A DNA stretch of 62,806 bases, counting the filler, from Basidiobolus ranarum (Eukaryota), in NCBI GenBank assembly GCA_040143965.1. It is 42 parts of 42 records of this genome, joined end to end, with 100 filler letters (N's around TTAATTAATTAA, not from the genome) between each part and the next. Parts side by side here need not be neighbours in the genome. Positions count along the whole stretch, not along the records: positions 25,538 to 26,936 come from JASJQH010012179.1; positions 27,037 to 28,435 come from JASJQH010012180.1; positions 28,536 to 29,934 come from JASJQH010012181.1; positions 30,035 to 31,433 come from JASJQH010012182.1; positions 31,534 to 32,931 come from JASJQH010012183.1; positions 33,032 to 34,429 come from JASJQH010012184.1; positions 34,530 to 35,926 come from JASJQH010012185.1; positions 36,027 to 37,423 come from JASJQH010012186.1; 34 more parts are not named here. One strand, given 5' to 3'. Made by a program: the position numbers and the translations under genes. This document shows positions 25,538 to 37,523 of this stretch, one piece after another. The first letter of the stretch is position 1. Each line of letters begins with the position of its first letter. The notes beneath the pieces were generated by a model. The model saw nothing but the letters and a program-made list of their open reading frames with translations, was not told the origin of the DNA and did no database searches.

Positions 25538-26936
25538 GCATATACTCGACGAATGTTTGCCATGAAAATGCTTCGAGGCTTACGCGAGAAGCGGGCTGCC
25601 ATCATAATTCAACAGTATTGGCGTATGCACTTTCACCGTAAACGCTTTACTAATCTCATCAAATCGACAATTCAGATACAGAGCTTGGCCAGAAGAAAGT
25701 TGGCCATGATGGAAGCCCGCTCTTTGCGTGAAGTTAAAGCCGCTATTGTAATCCAAACACATTATCGTAAATGGTTAGCCCGACGTGAATATCTAAGAGC
25801 TGTTCACTCAATCATTTACCTTCAAGCCTGCGTACGTCGTTCCCAAGCTAAGGCAGAATTGAGGCAACTTCAAATTGAGGCCCGCTCCGTTACTCACTTC
25901 AAAGAACAATCATTTAAATTGGAAAACACAGTGATCTCTATGACCCAACAACTATCTCTTAAAACTGATCAGATTAAGGCTATGAATGAAGAGATTTCGA
26001 AGAGTCGAGATCAAATTGAGTTCTGGAAAGAAAAGTATCAAATTTCCGAGCAAAAGAACTCCGAGCTTGCACAACAAGTCTTAACACTTACCGAAGATCT
26101 TCAGAAGGAAAACTCGGTTTTGAAAGGAGAGAATGATTTGCTCACCTCGAAATACAGCTTATTAAGCGATGACCTTGCGATCAAAGAGAATGAACTGTAC
26201 GCAATCAGAGCTGACTATGCCAGTGCTAAAAAAGAACTGCTCAAATTTAAGAGAATTTCCAGAACTACCGGAGACTCTAGCTATGAAAGTTTGAATGGTA
26301 GCGCTAGTTATGATGATCAAACAAGCGGAGAACAGGAGAGGAGCACCCACACGTCTTGGGATAGTTTATCTCCTAAATCCTCACGTTCATATAGCAATGG
26401 AATAGATCATTCGGAGCCTGAAAATCATCGAGCTAGTCTCACGTCGAACCCTGATGATTACTTGAATATGCGTAATAACCGTAAACGTATCCAATCTCAT
26501 GTCCCCAATCCAGTCCTTTCTGGACTACTCGACGAAGAATCCGATGCATTCCGTAGACAAACGTTTGGACCCACGAGGTATTCACGGTCACAAGCTCGCT
26601 CTTCACTCTCATGGAGATCTTCGAACATGGATGGTCAGGATACCCGTACCATTCTGGAAAGCGAAGGATTGGTCCATGAGATCGAAACATTACTACGTGA
26701 TTCAGAAGTAGCTATTCAAAATGGACCTCGACCTGCGTTAACACGCGGAGAGATCCTGTTCCCTGGGCATTTGATTAGCCTATGTGTCGACCAGTTCTGG
26801 AGGTACGATCTCGGCTTGGAAATGCGCAGAATGATGACTAAAGTAACCCAGGTTATCGAAGCCTTAGTTGTCAAAGCAGATCCCTCCAAATTGGAATATA
26901 TCTTGCATTACTGGTTGTCAAATACCATCTACCTAC
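25538..26936 (+). CDS. Class V myosin (Myo2-like), internal fragment: IQ motifs, coiled coil, start of globular tail
   Basis: Four IQ motifs; LRQLQIEARSVTHFKEQSFKLENTVISMTQQL resembles the fungal myosin V neck/coil junction; tail motifs EILFPGHLI and YWLSN; open across the whole contig. Confidence 0.93.
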
Positions 26937-27036
26937 NNNNNNNNNNNNNNNNNNNNNNNNNNNNNNNNNNNNNNNNNNNNTTAATTAATTAANNNNNNNN
27001 NNNNNNNNNNNNNNNNNNNNNNNNNNNNNNNNNNNN

Positions 27037-28435
27037 TAGATAACCGTTCAAATTCCGCAATCAAAGGCTCTAAGAAGCTATCTATAAGCACTGGTGATTT
27101 AGGTCCAGATATGATGGATAGTATCAAAATATTATGACTCTTATACCGTTCAGAACAAGGAAGATTAAAGGCAATTAAAATTATTGGCCAGCAAGCCTTT
27201 CCAATGGTATATTTGTTTAGTGAGAAACCATCCAGAGCCAATGCAAATGCATGATAATACATGTCCTCAAAGAAACCATGAATTTTCAGATTCCAGAAGT
27301 GATATCCATCAAGTATATTGGTAATATCATCAGCTTTATGGTGAGTACTTTGGTATTGGATGAATGATCTATATTTGGGTGATTTCATCAAAACTTTAAG
27401 ACAGGGAATCAACACTATGTAAGCCAAATATGAACAATATTAAAACTGATTCAGTGATTGCCAATTGTTTGCAAACAGTACATGACTTCAGGTTTTTCAG
27501 ATCACCAGTGAAAGCCAAACAACAATTTGAATATGAAGGCTGTTTAATTACTGAAGGATTATAAGTCATACAATTGAACAGTGTTTTCCACTGGTAACAG
27601 GTCTGTGGCAAGCCACAGTTGCAAATCAACTGTGGTAGAAGTGTAAAAAAACCAATAAACACCTGGTTGCTAAGATTGGATGGAACTCTGCACTCCTCAA
27701 TAATTAAAGCTGCTTCCTTTACAGTAAGTGTTATGAGTGGACTAATGTTCACTGATAACAAAGAGTCCATAACAAAACCATTATCTTCTTCTTCAACTAC
27801 TGATATACCAGCATTGGTACTGGAATAACCAAGGTCAACATCTAGTAGCAAGTCCTGAAAGTTGTCTGGACTTGCTGGTTTGACCAAAGTTGCATATTGA
27901 CCTACATCATTCTGGTTATACAACTGTGGTAACGCCACAGTATCTTGACTTTTGGCAGTGTTACCTAAACTTTGAGGCAAACTACAGTCAGTGGACTCAA
28001 TGGGCAAAACTAAACTTGATTTGGTGTACTTATTACTGTTGTTATACACCAGGCTTTGTGCAGCTGGTGGCTTTGTACAGTGACCATGCTTGTGATTATT
28101 TTTCTATGAAGCCTCCAGCTTTCATAGCACAAGAATTTGTGACAATAATAGCAAGGCTTCTTTAAACATTTGTGTTGCAGCATGAGAAGGATATAGCGAA
28201 AAAAAGAACACCTCCCATGTAAGGGTGGTATTTTAGGTATAGCCCATCAATATCATCAGCTGATTCTGAGACAGTGTCACAGATGAGTCATCAGGGGATT
28301 TACAAGATATTTCCGGTAATGGACGGCAATTTTGGTTTATTATAAGCTGTTTCTAAGCAATTTTATTACACCAAGTTTACCATCTGAAAATTTCAATGCC
28401 ATTCAAAAAGCGTTCAAAATCTAAGTCAAAATCGG
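27037..28435 (-). mobile_element. CACTA/EnSpm (CMC) transposase 5' half plus divergent ORF2 start (ATG 28396, plus strand)
   Basis: ALALDGFSL...CWPIILIAFNLPCSERYKSHNILILSIISGPKSP...DSFLEPLIAEF is typical of Transposase_21 (tnp2); upstream Cys motifs; frameshifted. Confidence 0.88.
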
Positions 28436-28535
28436 NNNNNNNNNNNNNNNNNNNNNNNNNNNNNNNNNNNNNNNNNNNNTTAATTAATTAANNNNNNNNN
28501 NNNNNNNNNNNNNNNNNNNNNNNNNNNNNNNNNNN

Positions 28536-29414
28536 AAGATAGCTAAGATTATCATAAGGATTATTTTCAAAACACTCTTTTCCCATCCATCCATCCATCT
28601 CTTTAGTCTAAAGGCACACTTTAAAGTTGTCTTTAACAGTTTCTTTCAGTGAAGGGTATATCTTCTATCGATATCTTTAAGCTTCCAGTAAATATAAATT
28701 CAGCTTAGCTGAAGATTTGTAGTGGAATATTAGTCTTTTCATTTTAAAGATTGATAACACACCCCTATTCCACACTACAGCGTTACCTTGGAATATCAAG
28801 AGACAATCCACTATTGCCCTTTCAACAACTGAAGCAGAGAACATGGCTGAATTATTTATGGAAATATGCCAAATTAGATGAGCTTATTCTCATTGTCAAT
28901 AGCAATAAGAGTCAGCTACTTGCCAATTGTGAGTGCTACTCTAAATTTCTGATGATTAGCAACTTTTCCACTATTTTTCCGCCATTAGTTTACTGGTAAA
29001 ACACATGATATAGCTGAGTTATGTCTGATCAGTCAAGTATGTGCATATACAGAGACTAAACACAATGAGAATCTTGTATTTAATGATTCTCATTATGGCT
29101 GGAATATGAAGCCTTAAATATCTAAGTCAAGGTATGCATACTTATTCAAGTTCCTACAACAATAAGCACAGGAATTTGCCTTTTGAAATTGGGTTTTTTC
29201 CAATAATTGTTAGATATTATATAATAGATGCAAGATCAGAGGTTCAGTTTTTCACCAAGAATAATTATCATTACTGTATTGTTAAGAAGCCACCATTTCA
29301 CCATCAAAATTTCTGGCTAGATGCAAGCTATCAATATTGTGATGGACCTCTGATGGATTTGTGCTCCAGAAGGGCAGATTCAATATAGATCAAATCAATA
29401 TTAATTTTATTAGG
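28536..29414 (+). mobile_element. Decayed CMC transposase C-terminus and element end
   Basis: WLNYLWKYAKLDELILIVNSNKSQLLANCECYSKF shared with 30035-30808 and 56107-56846. Confidence 0.7.
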
Positions 29415-30034
29415 GATTGTTTAGAGTCAGATAAACTCCTAGCATAACTTCTGTTCTGCAGATATCCAGCTATAGCAATACCCATGGTCTAAATATTTTA
29501 AGGTATGTTTTGAGCATTTATCATGAGACTTGTTCCTTTGGGCCAGGATTTATTAGATCTTGGATCAATATATTAGAGCAAATGTTATTGAAATTGATCA
29601 CGCCAGAGGGTCAAGGATAGTGCCAAATTGTGCCACATAAATTTCAGATTACATTATCCTATATGATATACACTGCACAATCTGGCACTATCACCAAGAA
29701 TAGGTCCATGGATCTCTTTATTTTGGTTACAGTCCAGTTAGCTCTTTCATCAACTGCATTTTGTTGAGGTGAATAGGGGGCCTTTGTGTCTTGCTCAATT
29801 CCATAAACCCTAACAGAAATTTAGGGAGTGTTATCATGGGAAAACCATCACAAATTTAATTCATTTTGGATTGACCATTTACTTACCATCATAAAATCAT
29901 TAGTTAGATATGATTTTATTAATTTTAGCAGTTTNNNNNNNNNNNNNNNNNNNNNNNNNNNNNNNNNNNNNNNNNNNNTTAATTAATTAANNNNNNNNNN
30001 NNNNNNNNNNNNNNNNNNNNNNNNNNNNNNNNNN

Positions 30035-30808
30035 TAACAGCAACAAAACCCAATCCATGTACACAGAGCAAGTACCTCTATATTGTGGACTAATTTGTTG
30101 GTGTGATAATCTGATGATACTTTTGGGAAAGCTGCAAGACAGACTTCTTGGTGAGATATATTGAGATACATAGTATTATTGTTTTAGCCATGAGGTAATC
30201 TATGCAAGCAATGACACATCTACTTGTGGCAGGACATTTGTTGACTGCAAGTTGGGGCTATTTTGGCTGAATTCTTTATGGAAATCTGCCAAAATCCAAG
30301 AGCTTATTCTTATTGTGAATGGTAACAAGAGTCAGCTATTTGCCAAGTGTCAGTGCTATTAAAAATTTCAGATGTTTAGCAATATTTCCACCATATGTTT
30401 GCTGGTAAGGCATATTGATGTTGTTTAGTTATGTCTGATCTGTCAAATATGTATGTATGTAGAGACTAAACCCAACAAGATTCTTGTATTTTTTGATTCT
30501 CATTATGGCTGGAATACAAAGCCAAAAATATCCAATTACAGGCATGCATATTAATTTGAATTCTTACCATGGTAAACCATTAATTTGCCATTCAAAAATC
30601 AGATTTTTGCAAGCATTGCCGGAAATTAAATAACACATGCCAAATATAAGGATCAATATTTTAACATGTATGAATACTATTAAAATACAGTCAAGAAGCC
30701 ACCATCTCACCATCAAAATCCCTGGCAGAATGCAAGCCACCAATATTTTGACAGTTCTCTGATGGTTTTGCAATCAAGAAGGGTAGATCCAATCCAGATC
30801 AAATCAAT
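30035..30808 (+). mobile_element. CMC transposase C-terminus running into the subterminal region
   Basis: Start overlaps the transposase copy at about 59633-59660; end matches the sequence inside the CCCTAACAAAAAT terminus. Confidence 0.75.
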
Positions 30809-30809
30809 A

Positions 30810-31433
30810 GGTTAGGTTATATCAATGAGTCCTAAAATTGGGCCTATGCCTGCAGAGCTCAAGTACTTTTACCCCAGCCTGTTAAAGAGGGTCTGAATGA
30901 CCCCCACATGAAATTTTAGAGATCTTCAATGGCTGATGAGTACCAGGCTTTGATTGATTGTCAAACTTGGATTTTAACTTACTTATTTGATGATAGAAAA
31001 TCAATTGGCTGTCAATGGGTGTTTAAAGTTAAATACAACTCTGTTGGCAATATTGAAAGGTACAAGGCTAAAATAGTAGTCACAGGCTGTTCCTAAATAC
31101 CAGTAATAGATCATATGGAATCTTTGGCTCCTGTAACAGAATCTAATTCAAGTAGATTGATTTTAGCAATTTCAGCTAAAAGTCAGTTTAATATACATCT
31201 AATGAATGTTGAAACTGCTTTTTTGAATGGTGAGCTTGCAGGGGTGATCTGTATAGACCAGCCAGATGGATTTGAGGACTCAGAAAACCCTAAAAAAGCT
31301 TGGAAACTCTGGAAAACACTCTATGGCTTAAAACAATCTTGATGAGCATGGAATATCAAGATAAATACTTTTTGGAAAACAGTGAAATTCTTAAATAGTA
31401 ATGCTGACTATGGTATCTACTTCAGGCCAGATA
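30810..31433 (+). mobile_element. Decayed copia RT
   Basis: IGCQWVFKVKYN, IHLMNVETAFLNGEL, KTLYGLKQS. Confidence 0.9.
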
Positions 31434-32724
31434 NNNNNNNNNNNNNNNNNNNNNNNNNNNNNNNNNNNNNNNNNNNNTTAATTAATTAANNNNNNNNNNN
31501 NNNNNNNNNNNNNNNNNNNNNNNNNNNNNNNNNAGCAATAATGCCACAATATTGCAATTAATGCAGCATTTGGAAGCAACTAGTCAACAGTTAGAGAGTC
31601 ACTCAACAATGATACAAGACCTTCAGAATGCTGTACTTGAGCTATAGCAACATGCTGCTCCCTCCATCCATCCTCATATGGGATTTCAATCAATCCCACA
31701 TCTTACATATGAATGTCACCATGACAATCTAGCAGAGCAGAATATGTGTTGGACCATTAAGCCTACATAATGACCCAAAATTGCTTGGGCATATGAAAGT
31801 AGAAATTGCATAGGAAAACTGGCAAACCAAAAGACTCTGAAAGCTAATTTCAACAGAAATATTCAGGAGTTTGTGTAATGAGATATAATAGAAAAGTGGG
31901 GGTGATATGACAAGCTTGGTATATAAATATAGAGATATTCCTATTTAGAATATAGGGGCTATAGACATGTTGCTTTCTGTTTCTGGTATATGCATCATTA
32001 CTAAAGTTAACTAAGATGTTGGCTAAAGATTAAATCTCTGATATCCAAAACAATTGCATCTCTTTAAACTCCTTTTACAGACTTCAATTTATTATCATAA
32101 CAAATAGCCCCTAATTGTTCTTAAGTTTTTCCTGTATTGTGATTTGATATATATATCTATATTATTGGTGCTTTCATTGGCAAGATTTATTTAAATATAA
32201 CTTCAAATTCCAAAAGATGGCAATTTCAAACCAAATATCTCACTTAGTTCATTCACTCCTATCACATAATTTTAAATATTAGTACCATAAATTACTGATG
32301 TAAATACTTTCATCTTAAGCACTGTAAACAATTGTGTGCATAAAAACATATGTCTACAGATATATCTTGAGCCAGGATCAGTTACAATATCTTACTGATT
32401 CTGATCACTGGAAATGCTTAAAATTCTTAATGCCTCAAAACGAATGTACTGTATCATTAGAGACAACGCATTGGTATATAACTATACACCATGGAAAAGA
32501 TTTACTGAATACTGCATACAATATTTACTAGCAAGACGGCAGATTTTAGTAGTAGCTAGTAATGAAATAGAGTAAGAAGATGATATGAGAAGAACAATAA
32601 AAGAGCCATGCATGTACGATACTAGGCTTGCTCTATATAAAGTTGGTAACAACAACAAATGGAACATTAAGGAAGTACGGAGACAGACATGTTTATTGGT
32701 TCATTTGCACTAATCTGAAGGGAG

Positions 32725-32931
32725 TTACTCGTCCGCCACATAAGTATATGGATCATTGTCAGGGTCACTATTCCAGATATACTCAGCATCATTAAGTTTT
32801 TTTTGAAGTTGGTCTTCACTAAAGTATTTTTTGACAAAATACGCGGCCATATCAGTTCCGGCACTGACACCAGAAGATGAGATATACTTACCATCCTGAA
32901 TCCATCGTGCATGTCGAACCCACTTAACATT
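32725..32931 (-). CDS. DJ-1/PfpI (ThiJ) family protein, 3' end
   Basis: Frame absent from the ORF track: NVKWVRHARWIQDGKYISSSGVSAGTDMAAYFVKKYF...AEYIWNSDPDNDPY-stop; RWxxDG...SSGVSAGxD and EY...DPxxDP are typical of this family; normal CpG. Confidence 0.85.
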   Translation of the reverse strand, partial: NVKWVRHARWIQDGKYISSSGVSAGTDMAAYFVKKYFSEDQLQKKLNDAEYIWNSDPDNDPYTYVADE

Positions 32932-33031
32932 NNNNNNNNNNNNNNNNNNNNNNNNNNNNNNNNNNNNNNNNNNNNTTAATTAATTAANNNNNNNNNNNNN
33001 NNNNNNNNNNNNNNNNNNNNNNNNNNNNNNN

Positions 33032-34429
33032 TAAATAATGTTGACTAACTAATATGTGATATATGAAATAGTTAGGTGTATAAAGATAGGGATAACATAT
33101 ATGATAAAGACAATAAACTTCAACACTCCCACTCAACTAAATATTCATATATCTTAATCCTAACTTAAATCTTAATTATTGAAATTTTGCCTTGGGTAAT
33201 GGTTTGGTAAGGATGTCAGCAAGCATGTCCTCAGTTGGACAGTACTGTAGTTGTATTTGCTTATTCTCAATAGCTTCCCTAACAAAGTGATGTTGAATGT
33301 CAATGTGCTTACTCCTAGCATGAAATTTCGGATTTTTAGCTAATGAAATACAACTTTGATTATCTTTAAAAATTATGGTGGGTGAACTTTGAGAAATGCC
33401 CAAGTCTTTAAAGAGTTTCCTTAGCCACATAGCCTCCTTTGTTGTGTGTGAAGCTGCCATGTACTCTGCTTCAGTTGTTGAAAGTGCTACGGTTGGTTGT
33501 TTCTTGCTATTCCAAGATATTGCTGCTTCACTATAGAGAAAGGTATATCCAGTTATTGATCTTCTGTCCTCAATATCACGTCCCCAATCTGCATCACTAA
33601 ACCCAATTAGATCCTTATTAGCATAAGAATATGTGTATCTTAATCCCAGATCAATTGTCCCCTTCAAGTATCTGAAAATCCGCTTAACTGCTGCATAATG
33701 TTCAGATCCTGGATTTTGCACATGTTGGCTGACTACTCCCACTGCAAAAGAGATATCTGGCCGGGTTCCAGTCATAGCATAGATCAAACTACCTACCATA
33801 GATTGATAAGGGAACTCAGGGCTTTCAAATGACATATTTTGAGCCATATTTGGCCGATTTTCATCATTTTTGATGGGATTTTTGACTAATTTCACACCTG
33901 GATCCATGGGAGTTGCTACTGGCTTGCAATTCTCCATCCTGTAACGTCTGAGAATGTCTGAGATGTATTTAGATTGATTCAGAGTGATAGATTTGCTCAA
34001 TATATCTGTATGGATCTGCAGACCTAAAAAATACGTAAGTTCGCCTAAATCGGTCATCTTGAATTGGACTGATAGATCTCTTTTGGTGTTCCTGAGAGCT
34101 TCATCATTATTGGTAGCTATAATCAGATCATCTACATATAAGGCAAGTATCACCTTACTGTCCTTATCTGTCTTAAAGTAGATCCCAAAATCTGCCATAC
34201 TCTTTTGGAAATCAACTGATTCCAAGTATGTGTCTATTTCAGTGTACCAGGCCCTGGGTAATTGTTTAAATCCTTAAAGTAATTTTTGAAGCTTTCACAC
34301 ATCCTCAGGGTGCTCAGGATCCACAAAACCATCTGGTTGATCCATGAATATATCCTCTTCCAAGTTCCCATTCAAAAAAGCAGTTTTAACATCCATTTGA
34401 TAGATTTTTAAGCTATGTTTTGCTGCTAC
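33032..34429 (-). mobile_element. Copia family A RT-RNase H (nearly intact), PPT and 3' LTR start (33032-33125)
   Basis: 349-aa ORF with LYVDDLII, FSDADW, STTEAEYMA, KHIDIQHHFVRE, MLADILTKPL; PPT TTGAGTGGGAG; premature stops at 33176 and near 34275. Confidence 0.96.
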
Positions 34430-34647
34430 NNNNNNNNNNNNNNNNNNNNNNNNNNNNNNNNNNNNNNNNNNNNTTAATTAATTAANNNNNNNNNNNNNNN
34501 NNNNNNNNNNNNNNNNNNNNNNNNNNNNNTAAGATGTAGCAAAACTTGTACGGGCTTATGTGACATCTAAGATGAATTTTTGAGGGCTTCCAACGATACT
34601 CTACATCTTTCTTTGACTTCCTCATGGTTCAAAGGGTCCTCTTGTCC

Positions 34648-35800
34648 AAAGTTCCTTCAAACAGCCCATATTTTCCCAATAGGTTATGAGCCCTGTGTAC
34701 TAAGCTTTAAAGCATGACAGAAACCACTACTTCCACTTTTATTAACTCAAGTGTTGAAAAGCTTGATGGGGAAAATTACAATTACTGGAAGTTCAAGATG
34801 CAAATCATGCTAGCAGACAGGCAGGTTTGGGATGTAGTCTCTGGAGATGAAAAGGAACCTTCTGACTCTTCTTTATTGGAAGCTTACAAGAAAAGAGACA
34901 AGAAGGCCTTCAATGTCATTTGTCAAAGTTTGAAGGATTTACAACTTGTGTATATTCAATATGCAAAGACTTCCCATCAAGCTTGGACTATATTGGAAGA
35001 ATGTTATGAAGCAAAGGGTCTTGCTAATAGACTCTTTCTCAAAAAAAATTCATCAATATAGAGATGGAAAAGTCCGAAAGCATGGTTACTCATATTGCAA
35101 ATGTGAGATCTTTGGCAAAACAATTGGAAAATATTGGTGCAACTTTACAGGAAGAAGATGTCATTATGACTCTTCTAAGCAGTCTACCAGAGCAGAATTC
35201 AAGCTTGGTCACATCTTTAGAAGAATGCTCAGACAAGTTATATTTGGAGTTTGTGGTGGCAAGACTAATGGATCAACACCTTATAAGTAAGAATTTGGAA
35301 AAAGAGTCTTAGGAAGTGGCTCTTTCTGGAACTGGAAAATGTAGCTTTGGCAGGTACAAAGGTTATAGAAGAAGGAAACCAGGTTTATGCTATGGGTGTG
35401 ACCAACCAGGACACCAGTTAAAAGATTGAAAATCAAGAAACTACAACAAAAATGAGAAGTCAGAACAAGCAAATCAGGCTTACAACCAAAGAGGAAGTTT
35501 TCTTCATTTTTGCCCTATCAGTGACCTCTGAACAAGACTGTAGGTCAAGGTATATTGCTTCTGGGGCCTCTCAACATTTCTCTAATCAAAAAAACTGGTC
35601 TAAGACACTTAAAACTGACATAAACAAGAAGGTTTTTATGGGAGATGACAGGCCACAGGAAGCACTGGGAGCGGGAGAAATCAAAGTGGATCTTTGGGGC
35701 ATCTCTGCAAACATGTACTTGAAACTGAAAAATGTGCTACATGTGCCTGAGATAGCAAAAAATTTGTTATTGAGAGTAAAACTACATCTGAGGAATATAG
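34648..35800 (+). mobile_element. Copia family A LTR end, PBS (34682-34693), gag and protease (decayed)
   Basis: ...TTTTCCCAATA GGTTATGAGCCC; gag ATG 34714; CCHC knuckle; protease YIASGASQHF and LKNVLHVPEIAKNLL. Confidence 0.93.
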
Positions 35801-35926
35801 TAGACTTGTTCCATCGGACCAGGTCAGATTGTGCTGCTTGATCCAGCCTGCTAGTACACCATCTGGCGCGATCTGTCAATTACCATGGCTGGGTCCTATA
35901 ACACTCAATCGGACACTATAAGGAAC
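35801..35926 (+). mobile_element. Unclassified repeat, TAGACTTGTTCCA terminus
   Basis: Same end at 40938 and, reversed, 44311, each in a different flank. Confidence 0.75.
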
Positions 35927-36026
35927 NNNNNNNNNNNNNNNNNNNNNNNNNNNNNNNNNNNNNNNNNNNNTTAATTAATTAANNNNNNNNNNNNNNNNNN
36001 NNNNNNNNNNNNNNNNNNNNNNNNNN

Positions 36027-36595
36027 ATTCTTTATTGGAAACTTACAAGAACAGAGACAAGAAGGCCTTTAATGTCATTTGTCAAAGTTTGAAGGCTTGA
36101 CAGCTTGTGATATTCAGTATGCAAAGACTTCCCATCAAGCTTGGACTATATTGGAAGAGTGCTATGAAGCAAAGAGTCTTGCTAATAGACTCTTTCTGAG
36201 ACAAGAATTCTTCAACATAAAGATTGAAAAGTCTGAACCCATGATTATTCATATTGCAAATGTGAGATCTTTGGCTGAAGAGCTGGGAAATATTGGTGCA
36301 ACTTTACAGGAAGAAGATGTAATTATGACTCTTCTAAGTAGTCTACCAGAACAGTACTCAAACTTGGTCACAGCTTTGGAAGCAAGATCTGACAAGTTGT
36401 CTTTGGAGTTTGTGGTAGAAAGGCTAATGGTTCAACATCTCAGAAGTATAAATTTGGAAAAAGTATCTGAGGAAGTGGCTCTTTTTGGAGCTGGCAAACA
36501 TAGCTTTGGCAAGTACAAAGGTTACAAAAGAAGGAAACCAGGCTTATGCTTTGGTTGTCACAAACCAGGACACCAGATAAAAGACTGAAATTGAA
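36027..36595 (+). mobile_element. Copia family A gag fragment, cut by a CMC end at 36596
   Basis: ORF 36079-36588 with gag motifs and CFGCHKPGHQIKD. Confidence 0.9.
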
Positions 36596-36961
36596 CCCTA
36601 ACAGAAATTTGAGGGTTGTTATTGTAGGAAAACCGTCACAATTTTAATCCATTTGGAATTGATAGTTCACTTACTGTCATAAAATTGTCAAGTTAGATTT
36701 GATGTTAACCAATTTTTTTCAGTTTCAGGAGTAAAAACTTCTAGATCTTGCAAAATTGTTGCACATGATAAGCTAAAATCTCAGAGAACTATGGATCAAC
36801 ACATGTGCAAAAAACATAACTCAAATTTTACACAATTACTTCTTGAATGCTAATTTGTCACCTTTGAAATCCTTAGTCTCTTTGATATATTCTCCTGAAT
36901 ATTTTTATAGAGTTCTTCATACTCAAGGTTTAGCTTATACCCAACACAAGTTTGCGTCAAT

Positions 36962-37312
36962 TGTTGAAATTAGGTAAATGGCAACTCATTATTTAGTAGT
37001 TAGTTTATTCATATTCTGATTATTTAGTACTCAATTCTGTCATTCCAAAACGTGTGTTATTGCTCTAATTGATAGAAATATCAATTAGCTCACTTTTACC
37101 AATTTTCACTATAATCTCAAAACTTCTCCAAATCACCTCAAATTTTCAGCCATGCTTAACAGGCATGTTTGTTATGATCTAAGCACTTCCAATAGTCCTA
37201 TTTCATAGTGAACTATGAATAGGACATATTCAATTCAATAAAACTTAAGTGTCTTATTCACAAATCCAAATCTTGTCCAAAACACTTGCAAATCCCCTAA
37301 ACACTTTTATCA
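36962..37312 (+). mobile_element. Solo LTR, family D, with 5-bp target-site duplication TCAAT
   Basis: TGTTG...TATCA flanked by TCAAT on both sides; empty site (GTGTCAATATCTCC) seen near 4003-4016. Confidence 0.93.
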
Positions 37313-37523
37313 TCAATATCTCCATCAAAGCCCACCATTGTATTAATGTTGCTGAATCAAGATTCTTCCAGCTATCTGGTGGATATCCTGGAATATTGTG
37401 CCACTCTGTATTAAGTTCTTCCCNNNNNNNNNNNNNNNNNNNNNNNNNNNNNNNNNNNNNNNNNNNNTTAATTAATTAANNNNNNNNNNNNNNNNNNNNN
37501 NNNNNNNNNNNNNNNNNNNNNNN

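Noticed and set aside
32667-32930. 87-aa ORF from the track, and a GTAAGT intron donor near 32890
   Set aside because: Shadow frame; the DJ-1/PfpI frame reads through GGT AAG TAT (GKY) with conserved motifs, so no intron is needed.
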